From Ranitomeya imitator (taxonomy: Eukaryota), in contig NC_091286.1 in NCBI RefSeq assembly GCF_032444005.1, forward strand, positions 396,056,001-396,120,000: DNA of 64,000 bases, in the 5' to 3' direction. Of the stretch, positions 1-13,433 are shown one piece after another. A program made the translations under genes and the position numbers. Positions within the stretch are counted from its first letter, which is position 1, and each line of letters starts with the position of its first letter. The notes beneath the pieces were generated by a model, which saw only the letters and a program-made list of their open reading frames with translations, searched no databases and had not been told where the DNA came from.

Positions 1-104
1 CTGCCCAGGGGTCTCAAACATATTTTCAAACATGCCAAAAACATTTGGTTAGCACCGGAGCATGTTCGGATAACACCTTATCCCAGCACGTTCGCTCATC
101 ACTA
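1..104. mobile_element. Right end of a hAT-like MITE
   Basis: Ends ...CACGTTCGCTCATCACTA, the same terminal type as the other hAT-like MITEs here. Confidence 0.6.
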
Positions 105-571
105 GAGATTTATCTGGCAGCGGCATTCTCTACTCTCCCTACTGAAAATACATGAACATTCGGCTGAACTGAGCGTGCATGTCCTTGGGGCAGTTTAAAT
201 ATATATTTAATGATTACCGATAATTTTTTTTTAAAGAAATTGAATATTTGTAATCTCTTATAATGCATTTCTTAGCTACAATTTACCTTACATATATCAA
301 AGAAAGTAGTGTTTGCAACAAAGCAGAGATTTTGTATATTGAGCTCGAATGCAAAATATTCATTATAAGGTTTAAAATCCAGGTTTAAACACATAAGGCT
401 TTCTATCTACTTTATTTCTTTTATGATGTGTGCTACATTCTTGGATATACGCCGTCCTGCTGTGTCTTGGCAAGATTTCCTCTACATTATATACACCCAC
501 GTAAACCAATTATACAAAAGAATAAAACATTAAATAATTCACAACTGCTTAATGAGAATGTGTGCACCTAC

Positions 572-771
572 TTTGAAGTCGTGACAGATCAGCAGGGTCT
601 AGAGCTGCAACAGCAATTGAGACCCTCGATGGTCTACTGATTCCGGCTTTATTAACTGCTCGAACACGGAAAAAGTATGAACGTCCTTCAAACAGACCAG
701 TCACAGGATATTTGCAGATTTTAACAGGAGAATCATTACACTGAATCCAGTTTTCAGTGCCCACTTCACAT
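572..771 (-). CDS. MYOM2: MYOM2 exon 12 equivalent: CEVGTENWIQCNDSPVKICKYPVTGLFEGRSYFFRVRAVNKAGISRPSRVSIAVAALDPADLSRLQ, Fn3 My4 second half
   Basis: 200 nt, tcctcccag acceptor, A|gtaggt donor. Nearly identical to recalled human NWVQCNDAPVKICKYPVTGLFEGRSYIFRVRAVNSAGISRPSRVS. The gene continues off the left edge. Confidence 0.97.
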
Positions 772-1253
772 CTGGGAGGAAAAACAATAATTTCATCAAT
801 GTATATACCAAATTTACTGGTGCCGTGACATAAAAAGTGGACATATAGAGCTATATTAACATTCTAAAGTGTAACCAATATTATTTGTAATGTAGCTGTC
901 ACTACAAACAATATAAACTGCACAGAATGACGTTTTTGTTATGTTTGTTATGTTTTTGTTATGTTCTGTACTTACACAAGCTATAACAAAATATATGCAA
1001 AATAATAAATTTAAATCTCAGCCCTACGGTCTTTGAGAAGCAACAATATAGGTTATCATGGTGCTAAAGCCAATCTAACTGTCAATCCAAAATTAACACA
1101 AGGAAATGCACCTAAAGCCGAAGGGTAAGCCTGGCAAAAAAGAAAGTGGAGGATTTTTTTTTTATTCCTACTCCTTAACTAAATTGGATCTCTCTCATCA
1201 CTGATAGAATGCAGAATAAGGGGGCTGATATATGCCAATGTTTAAATACTTAC

Positions 1254-1395
1254 TTATCCACAAAGTATCCAATTACCGGAGCTTCACTGGCTGTGTTTGG
1301 AGGCTTCCAAGAGACAATCACATAATCTTTATTTGCATCATGACATTCCACATCCATTGGAGCTCCTGGTGCACCTGCCACCAGGGCTGCGGCAT
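1254..1395 (-). CDS. MYOM2: MYOM2 exon 11 equivalent: AAALVAGAPGAPMDVECHDANKDYVIVSWKPPNTASEAPVIGYFVD(K), Fn3 My4 first half
   Basis: 142 nt, ttcttcattgcag acceptor, AA|gtaagt donor. GAPGAPMD..CHDAN.DYVIV.WKPPN is the MYOM2-type sequence. Confidence 0.96.
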
Positions 1396-3203
1396 CTGCA
1401 ATGAAGAAATTTAAGTATTATAAAAAGAATAAAGATATAAGAAGAGTGCTGTGTATTCCTGAGTGAGCAATCCCATTTACATACTAATCCTACTATTTTT
1501 TCAATATTAGTATTCTGAATTTCTTTTACTTAAAGGGAAACTGGTTGCCACAAGTGAGTCACATCCTCCTGGGAGATCTGGAATTAGAAGATCACTACGG
1601 ATTGTGAATTGCAGATCTTCCATTTTGCCTGTGTTTCATATTAAATGGGTTTCATTTCCCTTGGTGCTGAAGAGGTCAATGATCCTTTCTATGCTGGTTA
1701 GAATCTTGCAGCTCCATTTCACAGCTGTTCCTGACCTGGCCATTTCCTCTCACTGTAAAATCTATCCAGACCTTCTCTTCCTTGCCAGTGAAAGTTTTAC
1801 TTCCTAGCTCCTTGGAGCTGCTGTGCTAAGTTTTAGGTCATTGTTGCTGCTGAAGTTTATTGCATGCTGTTTTGGGGTGTATGCTTTCCTCATTGTCCAA
1901 TTCCAATATGGCTTGTACATTCCTACCCTTCACTATATACGGTACTTTTCTTTGGGTGAGTGTTTTGTATGTTAGTTGCTTTCTGTTATCCCTGTCTGTC
2001 TTACGTGTTTATACACTAACACTTCTGTCCAAGGTCTCCTGAGGAGGGGGAGGAGACAGCTTAGGGTATAACAGGGGAACAGTAAGTCTGGTGGCCCAAA
2101 CCTCCTCACCTTTAGAGATACCTTTGAGAGAAGGTATAATTAGGGTCCCAGCCTTAGGGACAGTGCAGAGCCTTTTTCCCTATTTATGTACAGTCACAGC
2201 GTGACCATGTCAGACAATTTCTGCTGCCCAAACCGTGGTCATCATGATTGAATCCTGATATATTATTCTTTGAAATGCTCCAATGCCTCAGAGAAAGTAT
2301 ACATTGAAGATCCATCTGGGAATCACAGTCAGGGAAGGGACTAGGCTGACTCCACCCCTGGCTGGCTCTTCTAGAGATAATTGACAAGTTTCTCCTTATT
2401 GTACACCCGATGGAGAGACCTGTCAATTATCTGCAAGAGTGCTGAGAAAAGTCGGCCTGGTGTAGTAGCGGATTTGCCTGATCTCCGAGTATAGTTCTCT
2501 GGATCTTCAAAGTATATTTTCTCTGAAATGATGGAGCATTTTAGAGACTAATATACCTGGCTGCAGCCAGGAATCAATTCATGCTGCCTGTGTTTTGTGC
2601 GCCATGAATCACATGACAAGTTATCGTTATGAAAGCTCAGTCAATTAATTCTTCAGATCAGGGCTTCTCCATCTTTTTCTACTGGGGCTTCACCATAGAC
2701 AGGATGGTGCTGTCTGCACTTCACCACTCATGGACAAAAAACCCTGAAAATTAATACTGTTGCTCAACTTACCTATTTATCTATTGTATTATAATAAAGT
2801 AAAACCAAAAGGAATCAATTACCGGTATGTTGAGAAAACAAAAATTGCTGTATCTAAATAAAAGCATGTGATTACTTCTGTAAAACCTTGGCAGGCTCCC
2901 AGTTTGACAAGCAATGCTCTTGATCTATAGTTATGTGGTATGGAATGATTTAGAATCCTTGCACTCTAGAAAACTATCTGTATTTTCTAAACCAGATAAG
3001 TACAAAAATAATTCCTTAGAGGCTTTTATGATCCGCTTAGTAAGGGGTCCTTATCAACTTCAGTGCTTATTATGGTTGTAGCTATTTTAGCTGTTGATCA
3101 ATTACACAAGAAAACAGTAGACGCATGCAAACATGCACTGGGACAAATAACAGCACTCACACTATGCAAAAATCCTACTGGATTGTAACATTGAGGCACT
3201 TAA

Positions 3204-4800
3204 CCCCTTCATGACCCCAGCTTTTTTCGGTTTTGCATTTAAGTTTTTCGCTCCCCTCCTTCCCAGAGCCATAACTTTTTTATTTTTTGTCAATATGCCC
3301 ATGTGAGGGCTTATTTTTTGCGGGACGAGTTGTACTTTTGAACAAAATCATTGGTTTTTGCATGTCATGTACTAGAAAACAGTAAAAAAAAATTCCAAGC
3401 GCAGTGAAATTGCAAAAAAGTGCAATCCCACACTTGTTTTTTGTTTGGCTTTTTGCTAGGTTCACTAAATGCTAAAACTGATCCACCATTATGATTCTCC
3501 AGATCATTACGAGTTCATAGACACCAAACATGTCTAGGATCTTTTTTTATCTAAGTGGTAAAAAACTATTCCAAACTTTGCTTTAAAAAAAATTGCGCAA
3601 TTTTCCGAAACCCATAGCGTCTCCATTTTTCATGATCTGGGGTTGGATGAGGGCCTATGTTTTGCATGCCAAGCTGACGTTTTTAATGATACCATTTTCA
3701 TGCAGATACGTTCTTTTGATCGCATGTTATTGCATTTTAAAGCAATGTCATGGCGACAAAAAAAAAGTAATCCTGGAATATCAATTTTTTTTCTCGCTAT
3801 GCCGTTTAGTAATCAGGTTAATCCTTTTTTTATTGATAGATTGGGCAATTCTGAATGCGGCGATACCAAATATGTGTATATTTGATTTTTTTATTGTTTT
3901 ATTTTCAATGGGGCGAAAGGGGGGTGATTTAAACTTTTATATTTTTTTATTATTTTCATATTTTTTAAAACATTTTTTTTACTTTTGCCATGCTTCAATA
4001 TCCTCCATGGGAGGCTAGAAGTTGGCACAGCCTGATCAGCTCTGCTACATAGGAGCGATGCTCAGACTGCTCCTATGTAGGAGAATTACAGCATTGCTAT
4101 GAGCGCCGACCACAGGGTGGCGCTCACAGCAATCCGTCATCAATAACCATAGAGGTCTTCAATAGACCTCAGTTGTCATGTCGATTCATCGTTGACCCCC
4201 AATCACGTGACGGGGTCAGTGATGCGCTCATTTCAGGCCCTATGGCCGGAAGCGCTAGTTAAAGGGACTCTGTCACCTGAATTTGGAGGGAACAATCTTC
4301 AGCCATGGAGGCGGGGTTTTTGGGTGTTTGATTCACCCTTTCCTTACCCGCTGGCTGCATGCTGGCTGCAATATTGGATTGAAGTTCATTATCTGTCCTC
4401 CATAGGACACGCCTGTGCAAGGCAAGATTGCCTTGTGCAGGCATGTACTACGAAGGACAGAGAATGAACTTTAGTCCAATATTGCAGCCAGCATGCAGCC
4501 AGCGGGTAAGGAAAGGGTGAATCAAACACCCAAAAACCCCGCCTCCATGGCTGAAGATTGTTCCCTCCAAATTCAGGTGACAGTGTCCCTTTAAATGCCG
4601 CAGTCAGTGTTTGACAGTGGCATTTAACTTGTCAATACTGGTGGGTGGATGGCGATTCCACCCGCCGCTATTGCGGGCACATGTCAGCTGTACAAAACAG
4701 CTGACATGTCTCGGCTTTGATGTAGGCTCACCGCCAGAGCCCGCATCAAAGCGGGGGTTCTGACCTCGAACGTACTATCCCGTCCGAGGTCAGAAAGGTG
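3204..4800. mobile_element. piggyBac-like non-autonomous TTAA element with a nested palindromic MITE
   Basis: ttaa|CCCCTTCATGACC ... GAGGTCAGAAAGGTG|ttaa. Reverse-orientation relative of 58210-59490. Confidence 0.85.
4263..4590. mobile_element. Kolobok/T2-like MITE, near-perfect palindrome
   Basis: ttaa|AGGGACTCTGTCACCTG ... CAGGTGACAGTGTCCCT|ttaa. The arms are complementary almost to the centre. It sits in the internal agTTAAatgccgc site of its host element. Confidence 0.9.
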
Positions 4801-4911
4801 TTAAAGGCTATTTGTTAGAAATAAGTCTGGATATTTAAATCTATTAAAAAATGTGGGATTGGAAGCAGTAGCAAGAATTCACATGTCCCAGTAGAAGGAA
4901 TAAAGAGTTAA

Positions 4912-6135
4912 CCCCTTTATAACCGATGAAGTATAGGTACGTCATTGGTCATGTCCCTGCCTTTGATGTGGGCTCCGGCGCTGAGCCCGCTTCTTTCTCT
5001 GCACATGACAGCTGATCTGATCAGCTGTCATGTGTCTTTAACAGCTCCAGGTGGATCTGCGATCCACTCTCGTCCATTAACAAGTTAGATGCCGCTGTCG
5101 ATCTCTTACAACAGCATTTAACATGTGCTGACCAAAAGGGCATCACAAGACCCAAACAACGGTGCACATGTCACGTGATCGCGAGGTACCGATGGGTTGC
5201 AATGACAGTCTGGAGTCTGCAGGAGACCGCCATGTCTGTCATTGCATATCTCCTATGAATGCTGGCCATTGCCGGCATTCATAAGAGATCATGATTTCTG
5301 AAACAGATGATCGCAGTTTCAAGTCTCCTAAAGAGACTATTGAAGCCAGTAAAAAGTTTTTAAAAGTTTTAAAAAATATAAAAATAAAAAAACCACAAAA
5401 TTTCAAAACACCCCCTTTTGCCCCATTCAAAATAAAACAATTAAAAAAAGATAAAAATTACACATATTTGGTATCACTGCATTTAGAAATGTCCGATCTA
5501 TCAAAATATAAAGTAAATTAATCAGATTGGTAAACGACGTAACAAGAAAACAAATTGAAACTCCAAAGTTACTTTTTTCTACAAAAACACTGCAATAGAA
5601 AGAAATAATAGGCTATAAAAACATAATATCTGCCCCAAAATGGTATCAATAAAAACGTCAGTTCAGATCACAAAAAATTAGCCATCACCCAAACCAAGAT
5701 CCTGAAAATAGAGACACTAATGGTCTCGGAAAGTGGTGACATAAGCAATTTTTTTTCATACAAATTTCGGATTTTTTGACCATTTAAATAAAAAAGAATC
5801 CATTTATATTTGGTATCTGTGTGCTCATAATGACTTGGAAAATTATATTGGTAGGTCAGTTTTAGCATTTAGTGAACATGGTAAATTAAAAACATAAACA
5901 AACATTGTGGAATTGCACTTTTTTTGCAATTTCACCGCACTTGGAATTTATTTTGTGATTTAAAGTAGGTTATATGGCAAAATCAATGGTGTCATTCAAA
6001 AGTACAACTTGTCCCACAAAAAACAAGCCCTCATATGGCCATATTGATGGAAATATAAAAAAAGTTGTGGCTTTTGAAAGAAAGGGAGGAAAGAAAGAAA
6101 ACGAAAAAATGGAAAATCGTCCTGGGGTGATACTA
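4912..6135. mobile_element. Degraded piggyBac-like TTAA element
   Basis: ttaa|CCCCTTT start. Internal blocks are similar to 58210-59490. Right end eroded. Confidence 0.7.
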
Positions 6136-6163
6136 AATTTAAATCGCATAACATTTGATTTTC

Positions 6164-7028
6164 ATGGGAATGTGTCAGCAGGTTTTTGCCTTGCAATCTG
6201 AGTGCACCATGATGTAGTAGAAGAGACCCTCATTACCTGGATGGGTCAATTACTAGGCTGTGCTTTGCTGTTTCAATCAGTGTTTCATCAGCAGGAGATT
6301 ATCACTAAAGGACAACTGGCCTTGAGCATTGATTAGCAGGTTTTTGTCACTATATATTGTACAAAGAGAGCTGTGGTGTGGGTGGAGTTATACACAGATC
6401 AACATCTCAGTTCTACTAGATCTACAGAGGAGAAAACTGTGACTATCATAACGTCTACACTATTTGACACATTGTTGGAATCAAGGTCTTTGTCTCTACC
6501 TCATGATGCTGTCAGATCTCATAGCAAAAACCTGATGACAGATTCCCTTTAAAGGTAAGCTGTCAGCAGGATTTGAACCCTAAAACTATTTATATGCACA
6601 TGTAGCTCTTTCAAATACAAGTCCAGAAAAACCTTTACTTGGTCAGCCCGTTTCTTCAAGACTTAGAAATTATCATTTGAATTTATGTGCAAATTAGGCT
6701 GAAAGACTGTGGTAGATCTGAAGCCTCTGTCACTCAAGCTCTATTCTCTACACAATCCCGCCTCCTCCTGCCTGACTGAAGGCCTCTATGCCGTGTGACT
6801 TTAGGCATTGGAGACATCAGTCAAGCAAAAGGATGTGGCGGTGGGTAGTAGAGCTGGAATGACAGAGGTTTCCAACCTACAGCCTCATTTGCACATCAAT
6901 TCAAACACTGATTTCTCAGCATGAGAGAAATGAACTGACCATGTACAGGTATTGCTGGACTTGTCTTTGAAAGAGCTACATGCGCTTTTAAGTATGTCAC
7001 AGTCTGAAATCCGGCTGATAGATTCCCT
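6164..7028. mobile_element. Two abutting Kolobok/T2-like MITEs sharing one TTAA (6549-6552)
   Basis: ...GACAGATTCCCT|ttaa|AGGTAAGCTGTCAGC ... GATAGATTCCCT|ttaa. Confidence 0.75.
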
Positions 7029-7347
7029 TTAAGGGAACTTTTTCAAGTAGATTCAGTTATCTGAAAAAGTGATACATTACTCCAAACAGAGTGAACATAT
7101 GCACAGTAATGCCTATGTTCTCTTCCTTGTAACTTATTTTAACCAATTTTAGCTTCAAAAGCTATGAAGTGGCTAAAACTGACTGCTCCATTCTTATGAT
7201 GGCTTCCGCTTGGAAGTAACACTGTCATATATGGAACAAAAAAAAGTTGATTCAAAAATGAAGCAAAAGCTGTCAAGGAAAATACTTTAGTAATAACAGT
7301 GCCAGCATTTTCTTAAAGTGTCTTCCTATAGCAAAAACTATTTTAGT

Positions 7348-7878
7348 TGTTATGGCGGAAGCACGTAAGACCGTTACAGTAGTGTGCCCCATGCTTGTGG
7401 CATTCATTAGCCCTAGGAGGGACGTGGCCGTTCTCTGCAGGAATTTAACCCTGATAGGTCCTGCAGAGATTAGGTTCCCCGGCCTATCCCGTTATAGGAG
7501 GCCATTTATTAGGCAGCTCCACCTATCACTTCCCAACGAACGTTTGTTCCTATGCTGTTAGCACCCATTCATGCGTTCCTCCTTATTCCGCTTACCGTTA
7601 CTGACCAGCTTGTTTACCCATCCTGTCTTACCTCACTACTCCTGACCTCGACTATGTTTGCTGATCCTGTGCTTCCTGCTTCTACCTCAGGCCATTTGAC
7701 TATGCTTCTGCCTTGCCCCTCTGTACCTCGAAACTGCACCTCTGACCCTCTGGTTAGCTGCTGCAGACCAGAGAAGCACTCAGGAGTGGTACCTGATGAC
7801 TATCGGTACTGGTCACTTCGTTACGCCCCTCTTAGGTAAGTCCGGCCTGTGGTGTAGTTCACACCCACCAGCGTTACA
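7348..7878 (+). mobile_element. Probable solo LTR (Gypsy-type), degraded
   Basis: TGTTA... start, ...CGTTACA end, internal cctgacctcgactatg-type blocks. No clear TSD. Confidence 0.4.
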
Positions 7879-8183
7879 TGAATACACCAGCTTCTAAAAG
7901 ATGCCATGCTCACATATCCTAAGAGTTCTCTCCAATTTTCAAAAATTGGAGCAGATATCAACTGTCTCTTTCTCTCTCTGTTTCCAAAATACTGTTCTTT
8001 TAGTTCCTGTAGTTTAACATGTCTTCTATTACTAAACATTCCACAACATCTTCAAGTACATTCTTGGTGGACTATGTTTATGGTAATTACTGGAAAAAAG
8101 TACAATAATGATTTAAACAATACTTTGTCATGTATGTTCATGTTATATATAAACACAAATGTATGACTGAATGATATAAATAC

Positions 8184-8345
8184 CAGCTACGAAGAGAAAT
8201 CCACTGTGCTGGTTGACTCCTGCTCTGGTGACCATTCTTACAGTATACAATCCTTCATCATCCTTATTCAAATGTGTCAATGTCAGGGAAGCACGTCCCT
8301 CTCCAAAATGCAGCTGGTGCCACTTGGTTTCTTTTATCAGGACAT
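8184..8345 (-). CDS. MYOM2: MYOM2 exon 10 equivalent: VLIKETKWHQLHFGEGRASLTLTHLNKDDEGLYTVRMVTRAGVNQHSGFLFVA(D)
   Basis: 162 nt, ttccttttcag acceptor, G|gtattt donor. KDDEGLYT Ig motif. Confidence 0.95.
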
Positions 8346-10252
8346 CTGAAAAGGAAATTCATTTGCAAACAAAGTCAAGAGCTATTCGCATGGTGCGTGC
8401 CAATATTCAAGAATGTGAAAAATAAATCATATCGCACCAGAAAAGAAAAGAACCTTGGCCAAGTCATTCCCATGGACTAAATATATCATCTCATTCATAC
8501 TAATAGTGAAACGTTATTTCTCATATACTTTTATTTATATTGACCCATTGATCATTTTGGCTGGGCATTCAGTGTTATCTATGTAAGATTTGGGGCATAA
8601 CGCCCTGGCTACATTGTGAATTGTATTCCGCTTGCAAAATGCTTAGGCAAAGTAAGTCACAAACTAACAATGTAACTTAAAGTTCAATGTATAACATTAG
8701 ATATTAGTTACATTTATTATAATATAACATATTTGTCTATATTGTTATATTTATCATACAACACAGGTGGCACCAACTGAAAATACTGAATGCCGACGCG
8801 TGATGGGTATGTTGGGTCATATGCACTGAACAACTCAATCAGCAGTTATAGAGAAGATAGCCAAGGTGTCGATCGCACATGGAATCCAACAAAATGGGGA
8901 ACCCTTTGGCCAATGCAAAGTAACAAGGTAGTGCTATAGTGTTACACTTTCCTTTAAAGGGTTTGTCTAGTATCCATGACCTAGCCCTAGAGAAATTCAT
9001 CAATATGAGATCAGTCGGGGTTAATGAGCTGATATAATCTCTATCAGCTATGATGTGAACATTGTATAGAGTATATATTGTATAGTGAACACTGTATATT
9101 GTAAAGCTCCTAGTAATGTATGTAAGCTGACATCACTGATTGTCTGAATGGCACAGGCCTTAATAAACAGTGCAACACATACTAGGTTTACAAGATAGAA
9201 TTGTTACAAATATTGTGAATAAGTCCTGGCATGGCCCTTGGTCCATAAGAGATTCCATTTGGAAGTTCAAGACTGGTCGAAGAAAACAATATTTAGTCTT
9301 ACTTGGTCCACGTTGCCAAACAAAGAGTCAATGGACATTGATTAGATCAGTTAAAACATATCTGCCAAAGACATTCTCCATATAGTTAACAGTTCTGGAG
9401 TTTCACAAAGTCACTTGTAATATGACCCAAAAGAACAAGCTTTACTGTATGGTTAGGATTACATGACCGTATTTTATCTCATCCGAAAAAAATCGGTCTG
9501 ATTACACTAATCACACTCTGATCAAATTCTGAACACAGTTTGATCAGAGTGTGATCTGATTTTCTCTGGTGAGGAGACAGAAAAAAAGTCTTCATCTTCT
9601 CTGTTATGTCAGTCTGTGAAAATCGGATTGCACTCGGATATCATCCGAGTGCCCTCTGACTTTTTTGACAGACTGATTAACTCACAAGACCGAATGCAAT
9701 CAGATCTACAGATGCAAATTCTGCATGCTGCGATTGTTTCCTTGGACAGACTCGGTCCAAGAAAAGATCGGACATGTGCACGGCCCCATAGAATAATCAT
9801 TTCTTTGAGTGTGATCCAATGTTTTGTTGCATTTCACTAAGTCCGAAAATATGGTCGTCTACACGAGCCCTGAGAAGAATCAGATCTCTCAGATGCCATC
9901 ATGACCTCACCAATATAATAATATTTCCAATCAAGTCAGTGTTATCTCTATAAAAGTAAGATTCGGTGCGGCCCAGTGATAGGGAATAGCAATGCTTTCT
10001 TCTCTTGGACTGTTATTGCAGAAATATCTATGCCCATGACGCACTGCGCATCTTAACACGGAAGCCCAGACAATGGCAATTTATCTGGTTTTAAGTTGTC
10101 GCCAGTGAAACATTTTCCAATGATTGTAAATGAGCAAAGTTCAACAGAGGACATTCTGATGTTTAAACTCTGATTCATTTAATCTGCAGTTGTCAGAATA
10201 TGAAATTGGACATTTAACATTTAATATGATCATTTGATTAGAAGTCACTCAC

Positions 10253-10417
10253 CGTCTCGGTACCACTCAGCTTCAGGTCGCAGTCTGCTGAGGTCAGGAG
10301 TTAAAAGCACAGCGCAAGACAAAGTAACTGTGTCGCCTTCTACTCCAAATGTAACGCCAAAGGTCTCCAGGAATTTGACTTCAATATGGGTGAAAGAAAT
10401 TGCTGCTGTCAAAGGCA
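10253..10417 (-). CDS. MYOM2: MYOM2 exon 9 equivalent: PLTAAISFTHIEVKFLETFGVTFGVEGDTVTLSCAVLLTPDLSRLRPEAEWYRD(D), Ig My3
   Basis: 165 nt, aattacag acceptor, G|gtgagt donor. FLExFGVTF...TPDL...AEWYRD motif. Confidence 0.95.
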
Positions 10418-11749
10418 CTGTAATTACACCGAAAGGAATATTAGTGACGGAAACACCAGAAACGTTTATTCTCCAATCGATCTGATCATAATTGATTGAT
10501 TATTTGAATAATTAGATAGAATTGGAATGTGTAATCCCTATATGAAAAGTGTCCTGATTAATCATTTTTCATGTATTGTAGTAATGTTCTGTAATGTCAT
10601 TTTGAAGCTTTGAATGTTGAGTTCTACAGTACATGGGGACAAAGTGTACATACTATTTGTTAGTCCATTTGGATCCATTTATTTTTCAAGTCTGTTTTTG
10701 TATCATTTTACAGGCAATTTTCTCACTAGTCTTTATGAGGGGGCACACAGCTCTTAGTGAATGGGTGCGTCTGAGAAGTGTTGTGTGCCTCCATGTGCCT
10801 CGCCACTAATCTTACTCCAGCCATAAATTACACTATAGCTCGTCAGGAATAACAAACCCTCTGGCATAACACTTCCGTAGTGCCCCTGTCCTGCCACAGC
10901 TCTGTCCATTTTGAAACTTGACAGAAAACACCACATTTTTTGGCCAACTCCGCATTGCACAAAAATGTTGCCACTTTTCATAGGGATTTATGCCAAATAA
11001 CTACTTTGATGTCTCTAGGCCACAGGGTCTATCATTAATTAAATAAGTTGAAGAGTAACTGTGGTTTTGATTTTTATTTGATAAGTCAATAGCACACATG
11101 AGAATAAGTAACTTTCTAATATATCTTATCAGAGAGATTTGCTTCTTTGTCTGCAAAAATTGATCAGTCAAAAGTCTAATTTCTGAGGTAAAATCTGTAT
11201 TCAGTGAAGACGGACTTTCCTATACTGAGATAAGAGATGGCAGACACTACTGATAAGATTCCATGTAAAAGAAAGGGAGGGGCTGGAGGCAGAGCTCCGC
11301 CCTCTTCCTCACACTGCACGCCGTGAGGATTCGCCGGTGCCATAAGCGGTGGGCACGTGACTGAAAGTATGTCATTTGCATACATGCCGTCATGTGTTGA
11401 CTAGGTGGGCCTGGTCTCAATCAATGCAAGTGTATAGAGCCAGGTTGGGCGTGTATATCGGAATGTGGCCGGAAGTATGTAAATCACATACTTTTGGTCA
11501 CATGACCGTCAGCTCCTCCTCACATAGATTGACTGCCGACTTTTACCCTAGAGCTGGACAATCCCTTTAATTATGTTAAGAAATTGTGCTGTGTTCTGAA
11601 AACCTGAATACAATGTCTATTTGCTACAGCATTTTAGTATGTTTTATTACACATTACAAATGTTCTGAGACTTCTAAATATAATTTTCAGTACAGTCTTA
11701 AATGTCTGCATATATTTTTCATAAAATTGTTGAAAGAAGAGTTACTTAC

Positions 11750-11797
11750 AGTGTGGCATGATACCAGGATACAGAGGTTCATCTTCTGATCGGAATC
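11750..11797 (-). CDS. MYOM2: MYOM2 exon 8 equivalent (48-nt linker exon): FRSEDEPLYPGIMPH(L)
   Basis: ttttttttag acceptor, T|gtaagt donor, phase 1/1. Resembles human RFRGDEEPFRSVGLPIG (recalled). Confidence 0.85.
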
Positions 11798-12530
11798 CTA
11801 AAAAAAATATCAATCTCATCAGGGGACATTTTAAGACACTTTTTCCATTTTTCCTATATTTCCATATTTTGCAATCAGTAAATGAAAATAACAAATGTAT
11901 TTTCTCCAACATACAGTATTTGCAGGGTTTTACTTTTAAGAACATGTCAATAGAGCTTGGAAATGTTGGCTAAGAGTCATGATGCCCCTTAGAGCGTTTA
12001 GCTGGCCAGCCCTAACCTGTGATATGGTACACATATTCTATCATTTTAAGGCTGTGATCCCACGATGAGCTTTGGTGAGTTTTTTATGATACAGATTTTC
12101 TGCAGCATTTCTGCACCCATAAAGTAAAATAGGTTGCTTTTATTTTTTGGGAAATTGCAGCATAAAAAACTCATCCAAAACCCATTGTGGGACAGAAAAA
12201 TCACTGCAACACCAAATATATAATTCAACATGAGATCAGTTGGGATCAAACACCGGACACCCACCACAAATCAGCTGTTAGCAGCTCTGACACTGGCTGG
12301 ATGGAAATAGTGTATGGAGCCAAACAGTGCAGCTGCCGGGTATTACAGATCAGCTCCTATTCAAATGAATAAGAGGACCTGGTCTGCAGTACCTGGCAGC
12401 AGCCACTAGCTGGAGCAGTGTTCATTCACTCTGTACAGTGTTTAACATCTGGCCACTGTCGGGCTGGTATCAGTGGGATTGTTGAGTGTCAGATCTCCAT
12501 TCACCTGATTTTGATTATATATACTATGGA

Positions 12531-13433
12531 TAGTGTTGAGATAGTGAAATATCGGGTATCGACCGTTATTCGCTGTATCGGAGTTCCGATACTGAGTTCC
12601 GATACTTTTAGAATACCGAATACCAGAATCGGAAGTTCCCATAATGCAATGAGCCAGTTTGATTTTATTCAGCCAATGAGGATCGTAAGAAGTGTGGGCA
12701 CATCCTGTTAGGCATGTTAGGCATGTTAACTAATGGCATGGCTGTTATTGGCTACTGAAATAATGTCATGATTCACTATAAAAGCCGCCGCCGCCATTTT
12801 GGGTTCACTCTGCTGTGAATTTACTTAGGGACAGGACGCTGCTGTTCTGACTCTGAGGGATAGTTTGAGATAGCGATTTGCTTTATTGTGCTTTACCCAG
12901 GCTACTTTAGCAACCGCTGTGTGAGAAGCTTTCTTTTGCCTTGCAGCGCTGTTCACGGCTGTCTGCAAGGTCTCTGTGTGTGTGAGTGCAACTCATGCTG
13001 TAGTGTGTTCTGCAGCCACCTCCCGTTGTAGTCCGCTCAGCGTGCGTCACTGCCTCATAAATTGTCCTTTTTTGCATTAGTGCTGCTCATTTTTCCTGAT
13101 TTCTCCTATTAGTGTGGTTCCATCCATATCCAGCTAGATTGCTTGCAAACACTATATAGGAGTAGATAGAGGAGCCTTTCTGCAGCCTTGCAGCGCTAGT
13201 GCACAGTTCTCTCCACCTCCCCCAATAGATTCTACATTATTCTTAGTTGTTTTCCTTCAGGTAGAATTAACCTACAAGGAAAGAAATGGTTTATTTTCAT
13301 CCCGATATTTGTGTCCCATTGACTTGCATTGGTTTCCGGTATCGGAATCGGCGATATCCAATATTTTTTGGGTATCGGTCCAATCCAATTCGATCTGATA
13401 TTTCCCAATATTGGAAGGTATCGCTCAACACTA
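12531..13433. mobile_element. hAT-like MITE (older)
   Basis: TAGTGTTGAG ... CTCAACACTA ends. TSD actatgga / cctatggg (6/8 match). Confidence 0.75.

Noticed and set aside
549-764. ORF 549..764 as a standalone gene, or as MYOM1, MYOM3, titin or MyBP-C
   Set aside because: It is one spliced exon and its start is an internal GTG. All eleven exons follow the MYOM2 sequence and exon structure, including the short PYYQKRHKH N-terminus.
1600-2210. Possible degraded solo LTR
   Set aside because: It has an LTR-like composition, but I could not define termini or a TSD.
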